A DNA stretch of 58,133 bases from Phycisphaerae bacterium (GTDB taxonomy: Bacteria > Planctomycetota > Phycisphaerae > SM23-33). The notes beneath the pieces are model-generated. The model saw only the letters and a program-made list of their open reading frames with translations, was not told the DNA's origin and made no database searches. This document shows, one piece after another, positions 1 to 8,559 of this stretch; within the stretch, counting starts at the first letter, position 1, and every line of letters begins with the position of its first letter. The stretch lies in the NCBI GenBank assembly GCA_049510055.1, contig JBEKZI010000004.1:1-58133 (forward strand), written 5' to 3'. The position numbers and the translations under genes were made by a program.

Positions 1-1240
1 ACGCGAAGGCCGACGCCGCCAAAATGCATCCGGTCCCGCCGACCATCACCGCCACCGGCGCGCCGAACGCCCCAGCCAATCCGCCGGCCAAAAGGTTGCC
101 GAACGGCCCCATGCCCCCGAAACAAAGGGTATAGAAACTCATGACCCTCCCGCGCTTATCGTCATCCACCAGGGTCTGGATCAGCGAGTTGGTCCCCACC
201 ATCTGAACCATGGTGCCGAACCCGGCCGCCACAAGTAGCGCCATTGACAGTAGTTGAAGACGCGACATCCCGAAAGCAATCAACGCCCCGCCGAACAGGC
301 AGCAGGCCATGACTAGGATCTTGCCCAAGCCTCGAACGGAGTGGCGGCTGGCCATGTAGAACACACCCACGATGGCCCCGGCGCCGATGGAGGCCATCAG
401 CATTCCCTGCGTCCTGGACGTGCCGTGCAGGATGTTCTTGGCGAACACCGGCAACAGGACGGTGTAGGGCATGCCCAGCAAACTGATAGCCGCCACCAGC
501 ATCAGCAGCGAGCGGATGGGGGTAAAGCCGATGGCATACCGGGCGCCCTCCTTGAGGTTGGCCAAAATGCTTTTCTCGGCCGCGGGGCGGCGGTGGTGGT
601 GGACGGTCATGGCCAGCAGTGCCCCGATCACGGCCAGGTAGCTGGCGGCGTTCAGAACGAAGCACATGCCCTCGCCCAGGCGGTAGATAAGCTCGCCCGC
701 AATGACCGGGCCCAGCAACCGCGGGGCGTTCACGGTCAGGGAGTTCAGCGCCAGGGCGTTGGGCAGGTCCTTGGGCGATTCCAGCATCTCCACGACGAAC
801 GACTGCCGGATCGGGATGTCAAAGGCGTTTACGAGGCCCAGCACCAGGCTCAGGACGATGATGTGCCACACCGCGATGACCCCTGTGAGGGTCAGGATGC
901 CCAATAGGGTCGCCTGGAGCATGGCCGTCGTCTGCGTGGCCACAAGCAACCGGCGGCGGTCGGTGCGGTCGGCCAGAACCCCTGCCAGCGGCGCCAGGCA
1001 AAAGACGGGGATCTGCGCGCAGAAGGCTACCACGCCCAGCAGCACCGTGCTGCCTGTCAGGCGGTACACCAGCCAGCCCAGCGCGGTCTGCTGCATCCAG
1101 GTGCCGATCATCGACGTGCCCTGGCCGAAGAAAAACAGCCGGTAGTTTCGGTGCCGCAAGGCGCGCGCCAGCGAGGCCAGACCCATAGGAGACTTGGCGG
1201 GGTGCGAGGCGTGTTTAGGATGGTCCGTGGCGACGGTCAT
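1..1240 (-). CDS. MFS transporter (MFS_3 / enterobactin-exporter-like), partial: C-terminus lies beyond the window start
   Basis: Absent from the ORF track because it is open at the window edge. Hand translation of the minus strand from ATG 1240 reads MTVATDHPKHASHPAKSPMGLASLARALRHRNYRLFFFGQGTSMIGTWMQQTALGWLVYRLTGSTVLLGVVAF...LAGVLADRTDRRRLLV..., a typical MFS N-half with the D-R-x-x-R-R loop. ATGA start/stop overlap with tetR (1237-1240). Confidence 0.85.
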   Translation of the reverse strand, partial: MTVATDHPKHASHPAKSPMGLASLARALRHRNYRLFFFGQGTSMIGTWMQQTALGWLVYRLTGSTVLLGVVAFCAQIPVFCLAPLAGVLADRTDRRRLLVATQTTAMLQATLLGILTLTGVIAVWHIIVLSLVLGLVNAFDIPIRQSFVVEMLESPKDLPNALALNSLTVNAPRLLGPVIAGELIYRLGEGMCFVLNAASYLAVIGALLAMTVHHHRRPAAEKSILANLKEGARYAIGFTPIRSLLMLVAAISLLGMPYTVLLPVFAKNILHGTSRTQGMLMASIGAGAIVGVFYMASRHSVRGLGKILVMACCLFGGALIAFGMSRLQLLSMALLVAAGFGTMVQMVGTNSLIQTLVDDDKRGRVMSFYTLCFGGMGPFGNLLAGGLAGAFGAPVAVMVGGTGCILAASAFA

Positions 1241-1893
1241 GAGGATTCTACGGTCTGGGGAGTTTCTGAGGCGGTCGAAAGGGTTGAAAGATTCGTCGGC
1301 AGCAGCGCGCCTCCATTGGCTGAGGCGCCTCGCAGGAACAGTTCCACCACCAATTCGTAGCGGCGTGATTCCTGCGGCGCCTGCCGCAAATCAATTTCGC
1401 GCGTCCGCAGCGCCCCCAGCAGGAAGCTGGCCAGGACTTCGGGGGGGACGTCGGTTCGGATGTGTCCCTGGCACGCCCCGCGGCTGAGGATTTCGGCGAC
1501 GGCCTGGATGAGCGTTTGCCGCTTTTGGAGCCATTTTTCGCGGAGGCGCCCTTTCAACCCCGCCATGCGGTTGTCCTGCGCCTGCATCATGCCGAACAGC
1601 TTGCGGCGTTTTTGGAAGAATCCGCTGATGGCCACGCAGGTGCTCAGGACCTGCTGGGCAAAGGGGGCGGTGGGGGGCACGCGGCGGCGGATCAGGTCGC
1701 ACAGCTCGTCGAATCCGTTGTGGGCCGTCTCGAAGAACAGCTCGTCCTTGGTCTTGAAATGGCGGTAAATCGTGCCCTTGCCGACGTGAGCCTCGCGGGC
1801 GACCTCGTCGGTGGTAACCTCGTGGAATCGTTTGCCGAGAAACAGCCGTTCGGCCGCCTGCATGATTTGTTGACGCTTGTCGCTATTAGTCAT
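1237..1893 (-). CDS. TetR/AcrR family transcriptional repressor
   Basis: 218-aa ORF. The N-terminal HTH QIMQAAERLFLGKRFHEVTTDEVAREAHVGKGTIYRHFKTKDELF is the TetR_N signature. Translationally coupled to the downstream MFS gene. Confidence 0.93.
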   Translation of the reverse strand: MTNSDKRQQIMQAAERLFLGKRFHEVTTDEVAREAHVGKGTIYRHFKTKDELFFETAHNGFDELCDLIRRRVPPTAPFAQQVLSTCVAISGFFQKRRKLFGMMQAQDNRMAGLKGRLREKWLQKRQTLIQAVAEILSRGACQGHIRTDVPPEVLASFLLGALRTREIDLRQAPQESRRYELVVELFLRGASANGGALLPTNLSTLSTASETPQTVESS

Positions 1894-1921
1894 TGCTGTG
1901 ACTTACGTTGCGGGAACCTTG

Positions 1922-1939
1922 ATACTGACCAGTCAGTAT
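1922..1939. promoter_or_regulatory. Probable TetR operator (perfect 8-2-8 palindrome)
   Basis: ATACTGAC-CA-GTCAGTAT read directly in the sequence. It abuts or overlaps the -10 box and predicted transcription start of the tetR-MFS promoter. Confidence 0.6.
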
Positions 1940-1966
1940 TATACTACATCCGTTTTTTGTTCTCAA
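1938..1966 (-). promoter_or_regulatory. sigma70-type promoter of the tetR-MFS unit
   Basis: Minus strand TTGAGA (1966-1961), 17-nt spacer, TATAAT (1943-1938). It sits about 45 nt upstream of the tetR ATG at 1893. Confidence 0.6.
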
Positions 1967-1983
1967 TGTCACAGGGAGGTTGT

Positions 1984-3612
1984 CTATGGCAGCGGTCCTG
2001 GAACCAAGGCGGGCATTTGTTGGCCCTTGCCGGCGAGCTCGGCTGATAAGTACAGCAGAGCCAGGGGGGTTTCGTCGTCCGGCCGCGCCGCCGGGCCCCG
2101 CCAGCCCGAGACGAAGTAACCGTCTTTGAATCGCTGGGCGAGGACATTGTCGGCCACGCGGCAGGCGAGGTCCAAGTACTTCTTTTGCGACGTGGTCCGG
2201 TGAAGCTCGATCAGGCCGAGGATGGTGTAAGGATCGACGCAGGCGGTCTTCAGGTCCACGCCGGTGGGCTCCTGGCCGGGCTGGCCTAAATCCCCAAGGC
2301 CGATGCCGCGGCCGATGTCGCGGACCATCTGCCACAGGAACGCGTCGCTCGACAGCCGGTAGCCCTTCGCGTAGGCCAGGAAGAACTGGCCGTCGGCGGG
2401 GAACGAGCGGAAGGCGTCCCCGGCCGGGCCGTAGTAGCCATCCTTCTCGAAGACGATGCCGGTGAGGATCGTGCCGTCGGTGTGGATGGTGTGGAAGATG
2501 TTCTCGTCGGGGCGGTAGGCCCAGCGGCCGTAGGTGATCAGGTCCTCGATGGCCGAGCGGACGAACTCCTCGCCTGCCTTCCCCAGCATTTCGTACATCG
2601 CCATGCGGGTCATGGCGGCGTAGAAGCAGATGATCCGGATGTGCCTCGGCCGGGAGATCGTCCCTTCGCGGACCACGTGGCCGCAGAGCGTGCCGCTGAA
2701 CTGATGGATCGCCCGGTCGGTCCAGTGGTCGGAGCTGGGCAGGTAGCGGATGCTGTACTGGTAGCCGGCCATGCCGGTGACGGGGTCGCACGTCTCGCGG
2801 TAGCGGTGGTGCAGCCGCTTGGCCCAATCCAGCGGTTTGGACTGGCCGGTGAAGTGGTGAAGCATGGCGGCGGCGTAGTACAGGTCGCTGCCGGTGTTGG
2901 TGAACGTCAGGCCACGGGTGGTGAGCCACACGCCCCGGCCGATGTAGGGATGGTCCCACAGATCCCCGATGGGCTTGTCGTAGCCGCCGTGGCGGTTGAA
3001 GTCCAGCACGGTCCAGTCCAGCACGTGGGCGTTCCAGAAGGCCTGGAGGAACCGCTCGGTGGCCTGGGCGTCCACCTGGTGCATCAGCATGTAGTGGGGG
3101 TAAACGGACTTCAGCTCGTGCGTGGCGGGCACGTAGCCGACCCAATCCTTCGACAAGGCGTCGTAGGAGCAATGGCCGCCCCAATACAGCAGGCCGACGG
3201 AGTCGGTCAGGTTCGCGAAGGCAAATCGCAACGTCTCGGCGGCGGCGTCGCGGTAGGCGGTGCTGCCGGTGACGACGGTCAAGCCATCCAGCACGCGGAG
3301 CAGCGGATGATGCCGCGCGAGATTGCACAGGATCACGTCATTTTGCGTGCGACGGTTGAATCGCCACGGCGCCGGCTTGGCGACGGCGTCAGGCAATGCC
3401 AGTTCGTTCACGAACAGAGGCGTGTGTTTGGGACCATAGACATCTCGGCCATGCTGGATGAGGTTGTCGGCGTGTGTGCGAACGGCAGCCAGATAGGGGC
3501 CAGTGGCCGAGGACTTTTTGTTTTTGTCCTTGTCTTTGGCGCCGCCTCGGGTGGCTCGGGGCATCGGGTCGGTCTCCTTGGCTTCCAGAGTCGTCTTCGT
3601 GGAACGCGGCAA
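1984..3612 (-). CDS. Uncharacterised 542-aa protein, possibly an alpha/alpha-toroid polysaccharide lyase/glycosidase-like enzyme
   Basis: Long ORF with coding-like composition and aromatic-rich motifs (LLYWGGHCSYD, WNAHVLDWTVLDFNRHGGYDKP). Lys-rich N-terminus without an obvious signal peptide. I cannot assign the family with certainty from memory. An internal start (M17) is possible. Confidence 0.7.
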   Translation of the reverse strand: MPRSTKTTLEAKETDPMPRATRGGAKDKDKNKKSSATGPYLAAVRTHADNLIQHGRDVYGPKHTPLFVNELALPDAVAKPAPWRFNRRTQNDVILCNLARHHPLLRVLDGLTVVTGSTAYRDAAAETLRFAFANLTDSVGLLYWGGHCSYDALSKDWVGYVPATHELKSVYPHYMLMHQVDAQATERFLQAFWNAHVLDWTVLDFNRHGGYDKPIGDLWDHPYIGRGVWLTTRGLTFTNTGSDLYYAAAMLHHFTGQSKPLDWAKRLHHRYRETCDPVTGMAGYQYSIRYLPSSDHWTDRAIHQFSGTLCGHVVREGTISRPRHIRIICFYAAMTRMAMYEMLGKAGEEFVRSAIEDLITYGRWAYRPDENIFHTIHTDGTILTGIVFEKDGYYGPAGDAFRSFPADGQFFLAYAKGYRLSSDAFLWQMVRDIGRGIGLGDLGQPGQEPTGVDLKTACVDPYTILGLIELHRTTSQKKYLDLACRVADNVLAQRFKDGYFVSGWRGPAARPDDETPLALLYLSAELAGKGQQMPALVPGPLP

Positions 3613-3647
3613 CGGGGATAATTGTAGCTATGATAACGTTCCTTGCC

Positions 3648-3677
3648 TTGACAGTCTCGCGCAAATCCGATATTTGC
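3648..3677 (+). promoter_or_regulatory. Candidate promoter with embedded palindrome upstream of the dapA-like operon
   Basis: TTGACA (3648-3653), 17 nt, TATTTG (3671-3676). The palindrome GCAAAT-N5-ATTTGC (3661-3677) spans the spacer and -10. The -10 box is weak. Confidence 0.3.
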
Positions 3678-3768
3678 GGCAGAAAAGCTCAATAAACCGA
3701 TCCGCCGAACTGCGCCGAGACCGCCGTTCTTTAGAGTTCTTTAGAAAAAAGGCACGTGGAGGATTTTG

Positions 3769-4701
3769 GTGAGCGCGAAAACAGCAAAGCCGCGGGGCGG
3801 AGTGATCGTGCCGATGATCACGCCGCTCACCGACGCGGGCAAACTGGATGAGAAATCCCTCTCGCGAGTGGTGGACCACTTGCTGGCCGGCGGGGTGGAC
3901 GTGATTTTTGTCCTGGGGACCACCGGCGAGGCGGCTTCCCTTTCGGCGGACATGCGGTCGCGCCTCGTGGCGGGGACTGTCGAGCACGTCGGCGGCAGAA
4001 TCCCCGTCTACGCGGGAATTTCCGGCAATTGCCTGGCGGAGTCGCTGGCCGCGGCCAAGGAATACCTGGCGCGGGGCGCCGAGGCCCTCGTGGCCCATCT
4101 GCCGACGTACTTTCCCCTCAACGACGAAGAACAATACCGCTACTTCAAGGCGCTGCTGGACGGCGCCTCCGGTCCGCTGATTCTCTACAACATCCCGCAG
4201 ACCACGAACATGACCATCCCGCTGGACGTGGTGGAGCGGCTGTCGGAGCATCCCAATGCCGCGGGCTTGAAGGACTCCTCTCCCGACGTCGCCCGGACGG
4301 CGGAGCTGCTCATGCGCATGGGCAAGCGGGAGAAGTTCCCGATTTTCATGGGCCACACGGCCTTCGCGGCCCAGGGGCTGGCGCAGGGGGCCGCCGGCTA
4401 TGTGCCCAGCACGGGCAACCTCGCCCCGACCCTCTGCCGTCACCTCTATGAGGCGGCCCGGGCGGGAGAAGTGGACCGCGCCGCCAAGCATCAGGCCGCT
4501 CTCAACACCGTCGGCCGGCTCTATCAGGGCAACCGAAGCGTGGGCCAGTCCATCGCGGCACTGAAGGCGTTGATGAGCGAGGCGAAGCTGTGCGGGCCGG
4601 CGGTCCTGCCGCCCTTGCGGACGCTGGATCCGGCGCAACGCAAGCAACTGCTGGAAGGCCTCAAGGCCGAGAATCTGACGCTGACCGCCCTGGCCAGGTA
4701 A
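3769..4701 (+). CDS. Dihydrodipicolinate synthase / N-acetylneuraminate lyase family (class I aldolase) protein
   Basis: Motifs VPMITPL, VLGTTGE, ILYNIP and the Schiff-base lysine context AAGLKDSS. GGAGGA lies 5 nt before GTG 3769 (the ORF track starts at TTG 3766). Confidence 0.88.
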   Translation: MSAKTAKPRGGVIVPMITPLTDAGKLDEKSLSRVVDHLLAGGVDVIFVLGTTGEAASLSADMRSRLVAGTVEHVGGRIPVYAGISGNCLAESLAAAKEYLARGAEALVAHLPTYFPLNDEEQYRYFKALLDGASGPLILYNIPQTTNMTIPLDVVERLSEHPNAAGLKDSSPDVARTAELLMRMGKREKFPIFMGHTAFAAQGLAQGAAGYVPSTGNLAPTLCRHLYEAARAGEVDRAAKHQAALNTVGRLYQGNRSVGQSIAALKALMSEAKLCGPAVLPPLRTLDPAQRKQLLEGLKAENLTLTALAR

Positions 4702-4718
4702 CGGGAAGCAGGCACGGC

Positions 4719-5783
4719 ATGGGCAGCACACCGGACAAACCATCGGCAGGCGGCAAACCGGCGGTGGCGATCACGATGGGCGATCCGGCCGGCGTGGGGC
4801 CGGAGCTCAGCCTGCGGGTGCTGGTCTCACCGGCCGTGCGGGCCGAGTGCGTGCCGATTGTCTTCGGCGATGCCGACGTCCTGCGGCGCGTGGCCCGGCG
4901 ATGCCGGCTGCCCGCGCCCCGGAACGTAATGGCCTTGGCGCAGTGGCGGAAGTCGCCGCAAACGCACCGGCCGGTGGTCGTGGACTGCCGCGCCCTGGCC
5001 TGCCGGGAGGTCCAACCCGGCCGGGTCAGCGCCGCCTGCGGGCGGGCGGCCTACGCGTACATCCGAGCCTCCATCGCCGCCGCCCTGGCCGGGCACGTCG
5101 CGGCCGTCGTCACCAACCCCATCCACAAGGAATCCCTCAACCGCGCAGGCGTGAACTTTCCCGGGCACACGGAAATCTTCAAGTCCCTCACCGGTGCGAA
5201 AAAAGTCTGCATGATGCTGGTTGGCGGCAAGCTGGCCGTCGGCTTCGTCACGACCCACGTGGGATTCACCGACGTTCCCAACCGCCTGTCGCGCCGGCGG
5301 ATTCTGGACGTCATCGAGCTGACCGCCGGCGCCGTTCGCGCCATCCGCAAGCGGCGGGTGCGGCTGTTGGTCTGCGGGCTGAACCCTCACGCCGGCGAGC
5401 ACGGCCTGTTCGGCCGCCGCGAGGAGCAGCGGCTAATCGAGCCCGCCATCCGGGCCGCCCGGGCCAAAGGCATCGACGTCATCGGCCCGCTGCCGCCGGA
5501 TACCGTCTTCCTGCCGGATCGCCTGAAAAATTGCGACGCCGTCGTGTGCATGTATCATGACCAGGGGCACATTCCGTTCAAGATGCTCGCCTTCCAGTCC
5601 GGCGTGAACGTCACGCTGGGTCTGCCGATCGTCCGAACGTCGGTGGACCACGGGACGGCCTTCGACATCGCCTGGCGGGGGCGGGCCAAGGCCACGAGCC
5701 TGATCGCCGCCGTGCACTGGGCCGTCGCGCTGGCCAAGCGAAGCAGGCGGGGCAGACGGGGCGGGCCGGGTGGGAAAAAATGA
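4719..5783 (+). CDS. PdxA-family NAD-dependent 4-hydroxy/phospho-acid dehydrogenase (PdxA2-like)
   Basis: AITMGDPAGVGPEL, PGHTE, GLNPHAGEHGLFG and VRTSVDHGTAFD are PdxA hallmarks. I chose ATG 4719 (M44 of the tracked ORF) because the upstream extension overlaps the dapA-like gene and is Arg/Gly-rich. Confidence 0.88.
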   Translation: MGSTPDKPSAGGKPAVAITMGDPAGVGPELSLRVLVSPAVRAECVPIVFGDADVLRRVARRCRLPAPRNVMALAQWRKSPQTHRPVVVDCRALACREVQPGRVSAACGRAAYAYIRASIAAALAGHVAAVVTNPIHKESLNRAGVNFPGHTEIFKSLTGAKKVCMMLVGGKLAVGFVTTHVGFTDVPNRLSRRRILDVIELTAGAVRAIRKRRVRLLVCGLNPHAGEHGLFGRREEQRLIEPAIRAARAKGIDVIGPLPPDTVFLPDRLKNCDAVVCMYHDQGHIPFKMLAFQSGVNVTLGLPIVRTSVDHGTAFDIAWRGRAKATSLIAAVHWAVALAKRSRRGRRGGPGGKK

Positions 5784-6958
5784 TCACGATCCTGGCCGAC
5801 GATTTCACCGGCGCGGCGGAGGTGGGGGCCGTGGCGCTGCGGTACGGCCTTTCGGCCCAGGTGCAGGACCGGTTCGAAGGCGACGTGGCCACCGATCTCG
5901 GCGAGCGCAGTAAAGTCGGCGTCTTGGTCCTCAACACACACAGCCGCTCGCTGCCGCCGCGAGAAGCCGCCGCCGTCGTGACCGAAACAGCCTGGCCGCT
6001 GCGTCGGCAGGCCAAGTGGGTCTATAAGAAAATCGATTCGGTCCTTCGCGGGCCGGTGGTGGCCGAGGCTCAGGCGGCACTTTCTGCCCTTGGGTTGGCC
6101 CGGGCGCTGCTGGTGCCGGCCAATCCGTTGCTCGGCCGAACTATCCGCGACGGGCAATACTTCATCGGCGGCGTGCCGCTGCATCAGACCGGCTTTGCCG
6201 CAGATCCCGAATTCCCCGCCAGGACCAGCGACGTGCTGGCCCTCCTGGACTGCGGCAAGAAAGGTCCGGTCACGCTGCTGGGGCCCGGCCAGGCGCTGCC
6301 GGCGCGGGGCATTTTTGTCGGCCGGGCCGCCAGCACCGCCGACCTGGCCGCCTGGGCCGCAAAAGTCGATGCGACGACGCTGCCGGTGGGCGGGGCGGAG
6401 TTCTTGGCCGCCGTTCTGGAAGCCAAGGGGCACACGCGCGTGCCTCGGCCCGCCCAGCCGCCGCTTGAAAACCGCCGTCCGATGCTGCTGGTCTGCGGAA
6501 GCTCCCCGCCTCACGCGGCCGAGACAGTGCGGCAGGCCCGTGCTCACGGCGTGGCCGTCCTGCCCATGCCGGCGGAACTCTTGGCTGAGAAGGCTGCCGA
6601 GGCCGACGGGACGACGATCAGGCAGCGGTGGGCTGACGAGGTTGTCGAGGTGCTGACGCGGCGCGGCTCGGCGGTCGTGTCGATAGGGGAGGGCGCCGAC
6701 CGCGGCGGCTGCCCGCAGACGATGCTGGACCGTCTGGCTGACGTGGTCGCGGCCGTGCTGGGACGGATGCGCGTCGGCCACGTGTGCATGGAAGGCGGCG
6801 CGACGGCTTGGACGTTGGTGCGGCGGCTGGGATGGCGGCGGTTCAACGTGCGGCGCGAATTGGCGCCCGGCGTGGCGTCGCTGCAAGTGATCGGCGGCGG
6901 CCCGGCGGTTACAATAAAACCGGGCAGCTACGCCTGGCCGGAGGAAATCTGGTCCTGA
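5780..6958 (+). CDS. Four-carbon acid-sugar kinase family protein (DUF1537)
   Basis: N-terminus MITILADDFTGAAEVG is the family signature. Length is about 390 aa. ATGA overlap with the PdxA-family gene. Confidence 0.8.
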   Translation: MITILADDFTGAAEVGAVALRYGLSAQVQDRFEGDVATDLGERSKVGVLVLNTHSRSLPPREAAAVVTETAWPLRRQAKWVYKKIDSVLRGPVVAEAQAALSALGLARALLVPANPLLGRTIRDGQYFIGGVPLHQTGFAADPEFPARTSDVLALLDCGKKGPVTLLGPGQALPARGIFVGRAASTADLAAWAAKVDATTLPVGGAEFLAAVLEAKGHTRVPRPAQPPLENRRPMLLVCGSSPPHAAETVRQARAHGVAVLPMPAELLAEKAAEADGTTIRQRWADEVVEVLTRRGSAVVSIGEGADRGGCPQTMLDRLADVVAAVLGRMRVGHVCMEGGATAWTLVRRLGWRRFNVRRELAPGVASLQVIGGGPAVTIKPGSYAWPEEIWS

Positions 6959-7035
6959 TTCCTGGTGCGGGCGGCAGGTCGTGGTCGATGAACTCCAAGG
7001 CAGTCTGAGAAAATAGAAAGCCGCTCGGAAATCAA

Positions 7036-7189
7036 AAATCCGAAACACCAAGCACGAAATTCGAAACAATCTTAAAAAGACAAAGCTGCAATGACCCAAA
7101 CATCTCAGCAGAAAGGTTGACGGCTTGGCTTTTTGTTGTATTTGAAAATTGCTGTTTGTTTCGTGCTTCGGATTTGTCGTTTCGTGCTT
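7036..7189. repeat. Imperfect inverted repeat (plus one extra half-site) in an AT-rich spacer upstream of tRNA-Leu
   Basis: AAATCCGAA-ACACCA-AGCACGAAA (7036-7059) is mirrored by TTTCGTGCTTCGGATTT (7159-7175). TTTCGTGCTT recurs at 7180-7189. The arms flank a TTGACG hexamer at 7117-7122. Confidence 0.6.
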
Positions 7190-7227
7190 TTGATTGTAGC
7201 TTGAACCTTCGGTTTTGCTGCAATTAT

Positions 7228-7313
7228 GGCCCGGTGGCGGAACTGGCAGACGCAAGGGATTTAAAATCCCTTGTCCGGAAACGGACGTGTGGGTTCAAAT
7301 CCCGCCCGGGCCA
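7228..7313 (+). tRNA. tRNA-Leu, anticodon UAA (class II, long variable arm), no encoded CCA
   Basis: 7-bp acceptor stem GGCCCGG/CCGGGCC. Anticodon stem AGGGA/TCCCT with loop TTTAAAA. T-arm GTGGG-TTCAAAT-CCCGC. Overall near-colinear with E. coli tRNA-Leu. Confidence 0.93.
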
Positions 7314-7315
7314 TG

Positions 7316-7345
7316 AAAAATGCTCCCCCTACGGGAGCATTTTTC
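7316..7345 (+). terminator. Rho-independent (probably bidirectional) terminator
   Basis: AAAAATGCTCCC-CCTAC-GGGAGCATTTTT, a perfect stem flanked by an A-run and a T-run. It lies between the tRNA 3' end and the convergent hydrolase gene. Confidence 0.8.
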
Positions 7346-7411
7346 ATAGAGCAGGTGAGCAGGAGAAACGGCAATTGGCCAAACAGTCAAATAGTCGAAC
7401 AGTCGAATAGT

Positions 7412-8209
7412 CTATCCACTCGGTTGCTTAAGAATTTCTGCGAAGAAATCCTTCATGGCCTGCCAGGACCGCCGGTCGGCCTCGGCGTTGTAGGCGACGT
7501 TCTTGGAGGGGTCGTTGCCATTGGCGGAGTTGGTGAAGCCGTGGACGGCGCCGCCGTACAGAACGATCTGGTAGTCCACCTTGCCGGCGCGCATCTCATC
7601 CTCGAAGGCGGCGATCTGCGACAGCGGCACGCTGCGGTCGTCGGCGCCGCTGAGCACCAGCACCTTGCATTTGATGTTCTTGCCGTCGGCCGGGGTGGGG
7701 GTATCCAGCCCGCCGTGGAAGCTGATCACACCGGCGATATCGGCCCCGCTGCGGGCCAGTTCCAGCACCACCGTGCCGCCGAAGCAGTAGCCGATGGCCG
7801 TGATGCGCTTGGCGTCCACGCGCGGATTGGCCTTGGCCGCCTCCAGGGCCGCCGTGATTCGCTGGCGCATAAGTTTACGATCCGACCTCAACTTGCCGGC
7901 CAGTTCGCCCGCCTGCTTGGCGTCGGTGGCCAGGACGCCCTTGCCGTACATGTCGACGGCGAAGGCCACGTACCCCATCTCCGCCAATTGGCGGGCGCGG
8001 CCTTTGGCGTAATCGTTCAATCCCCACCACTCGTGCACGACCAGCACCAGCGGCTGCGGGGCCTTGGCTGAATCGTCGTAGGCCAAGTAGCCTTCCAGGG
8101 CCGTGTCGCCATCCTTGTATTCCACCGCCTCGGTCTTGATCGCCGCCGAGGCCGACGCAGCCGCCATCGCCGCGGCCGCAATCATTGAGGTCATCACTAT
8201 TCCGCTCAT
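7412..8209 (-). CDS. Dienelactone hydrolase family protein, secreted
   Basis: Signal-peptide-like N-terminus (MTSMIAAAAMAAASASA). LVVHEWWGLNDY, nucleophile motif GYCFGG and C-terminal HGF. AAGGAG lies 6 nt before the ATG. Confidence 0.9.
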   Translation of the reverse strand: MSGIVMTSMIAAAAMAAASASAAIKTEAVEYKDGDTALEGYLAYDDSAKAPQPLVLVVHEWWGLNDYAKGRARQLAEMGYVAFAVDMYGKGVLATDAKQAGELAGKLRSDRKLMRQRITAALEAAKANPRVDAKRITAIGYCFGGTVVLELARSGADIAGVISFHGGLDTPTPADGKNIKCKVLVLSGADDRSVPLSQIAAFEDEMRAGKVDYQIVLYGGAVHGFTNSANGNDPSKNVAYNAEADRRSWQAMKDFFAEILKQPSG

Positions 8210-8350
8210 GGTTGTCTCCTTGGTTGAAACTAACCCTTACAAAGAATTGTATGCCCCGCATTACGTGCTTTACCCCCCGGCTGGGGTGGAAAACAGCGGA
8301 TCCGACAGTCCCGCAATCGCAGTTTTTGAGGGTATTTGTCGATTTTGTAA

Positions 8351-8378
8351 TTGACATAATCCAATATGAACATATAAT
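8351..8378 (+). promoter_or_regulatory. Consensus sigma70 promoter
   Basis: TTGACA (8351-8356), 16-nt spacer, TATAAT (8373-8378). It sits about 180 nt upstream of the PEP-CTERM gene. Confidence 0.65.
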
Positions 8379-8559
8379 TTATGCCGTTTCGGAGGAAAAT
8401 CTCGTGTCGTTAGGAGGAGAAGTGGGTGTTTGTCTTGCTTGCCGGAGAAGGACTGAATAGCGCTTACTCAGACCTTCCCGAGGACCGGTAGGCCGGCTTT
8501 CTTCACCAACTTCTACTCGTGGTACCGCAGTATCTCTATCTCTAATAAGGAGGAGTAAA

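Noticed and set aside
5555-7255. 566-aa minus-strand ORF spanning the PdxA-family and DUF1537 kinase genes and the tRNA spacer
   Set aside because: It is antisense to two genes with clear family motifs. Its product is Arg/Pro/Gly/His-rich with no recognisable domain. This is a typical shadow ORF of high-GC DNA, where stop codons are rare in all frames.
7384-7415. Tandem imperfect 16-nt repeat CAGTCAAATAGTCGAA / CAGTCGAATAGTCTAT at the 3' end of the dienelactone hydrolase gene
   Set aside because: There are only two degenerate copies, which overlap the stop codon region. There is no associated structure or gene. It is most simply local slippage or a terminator-flank sequence.
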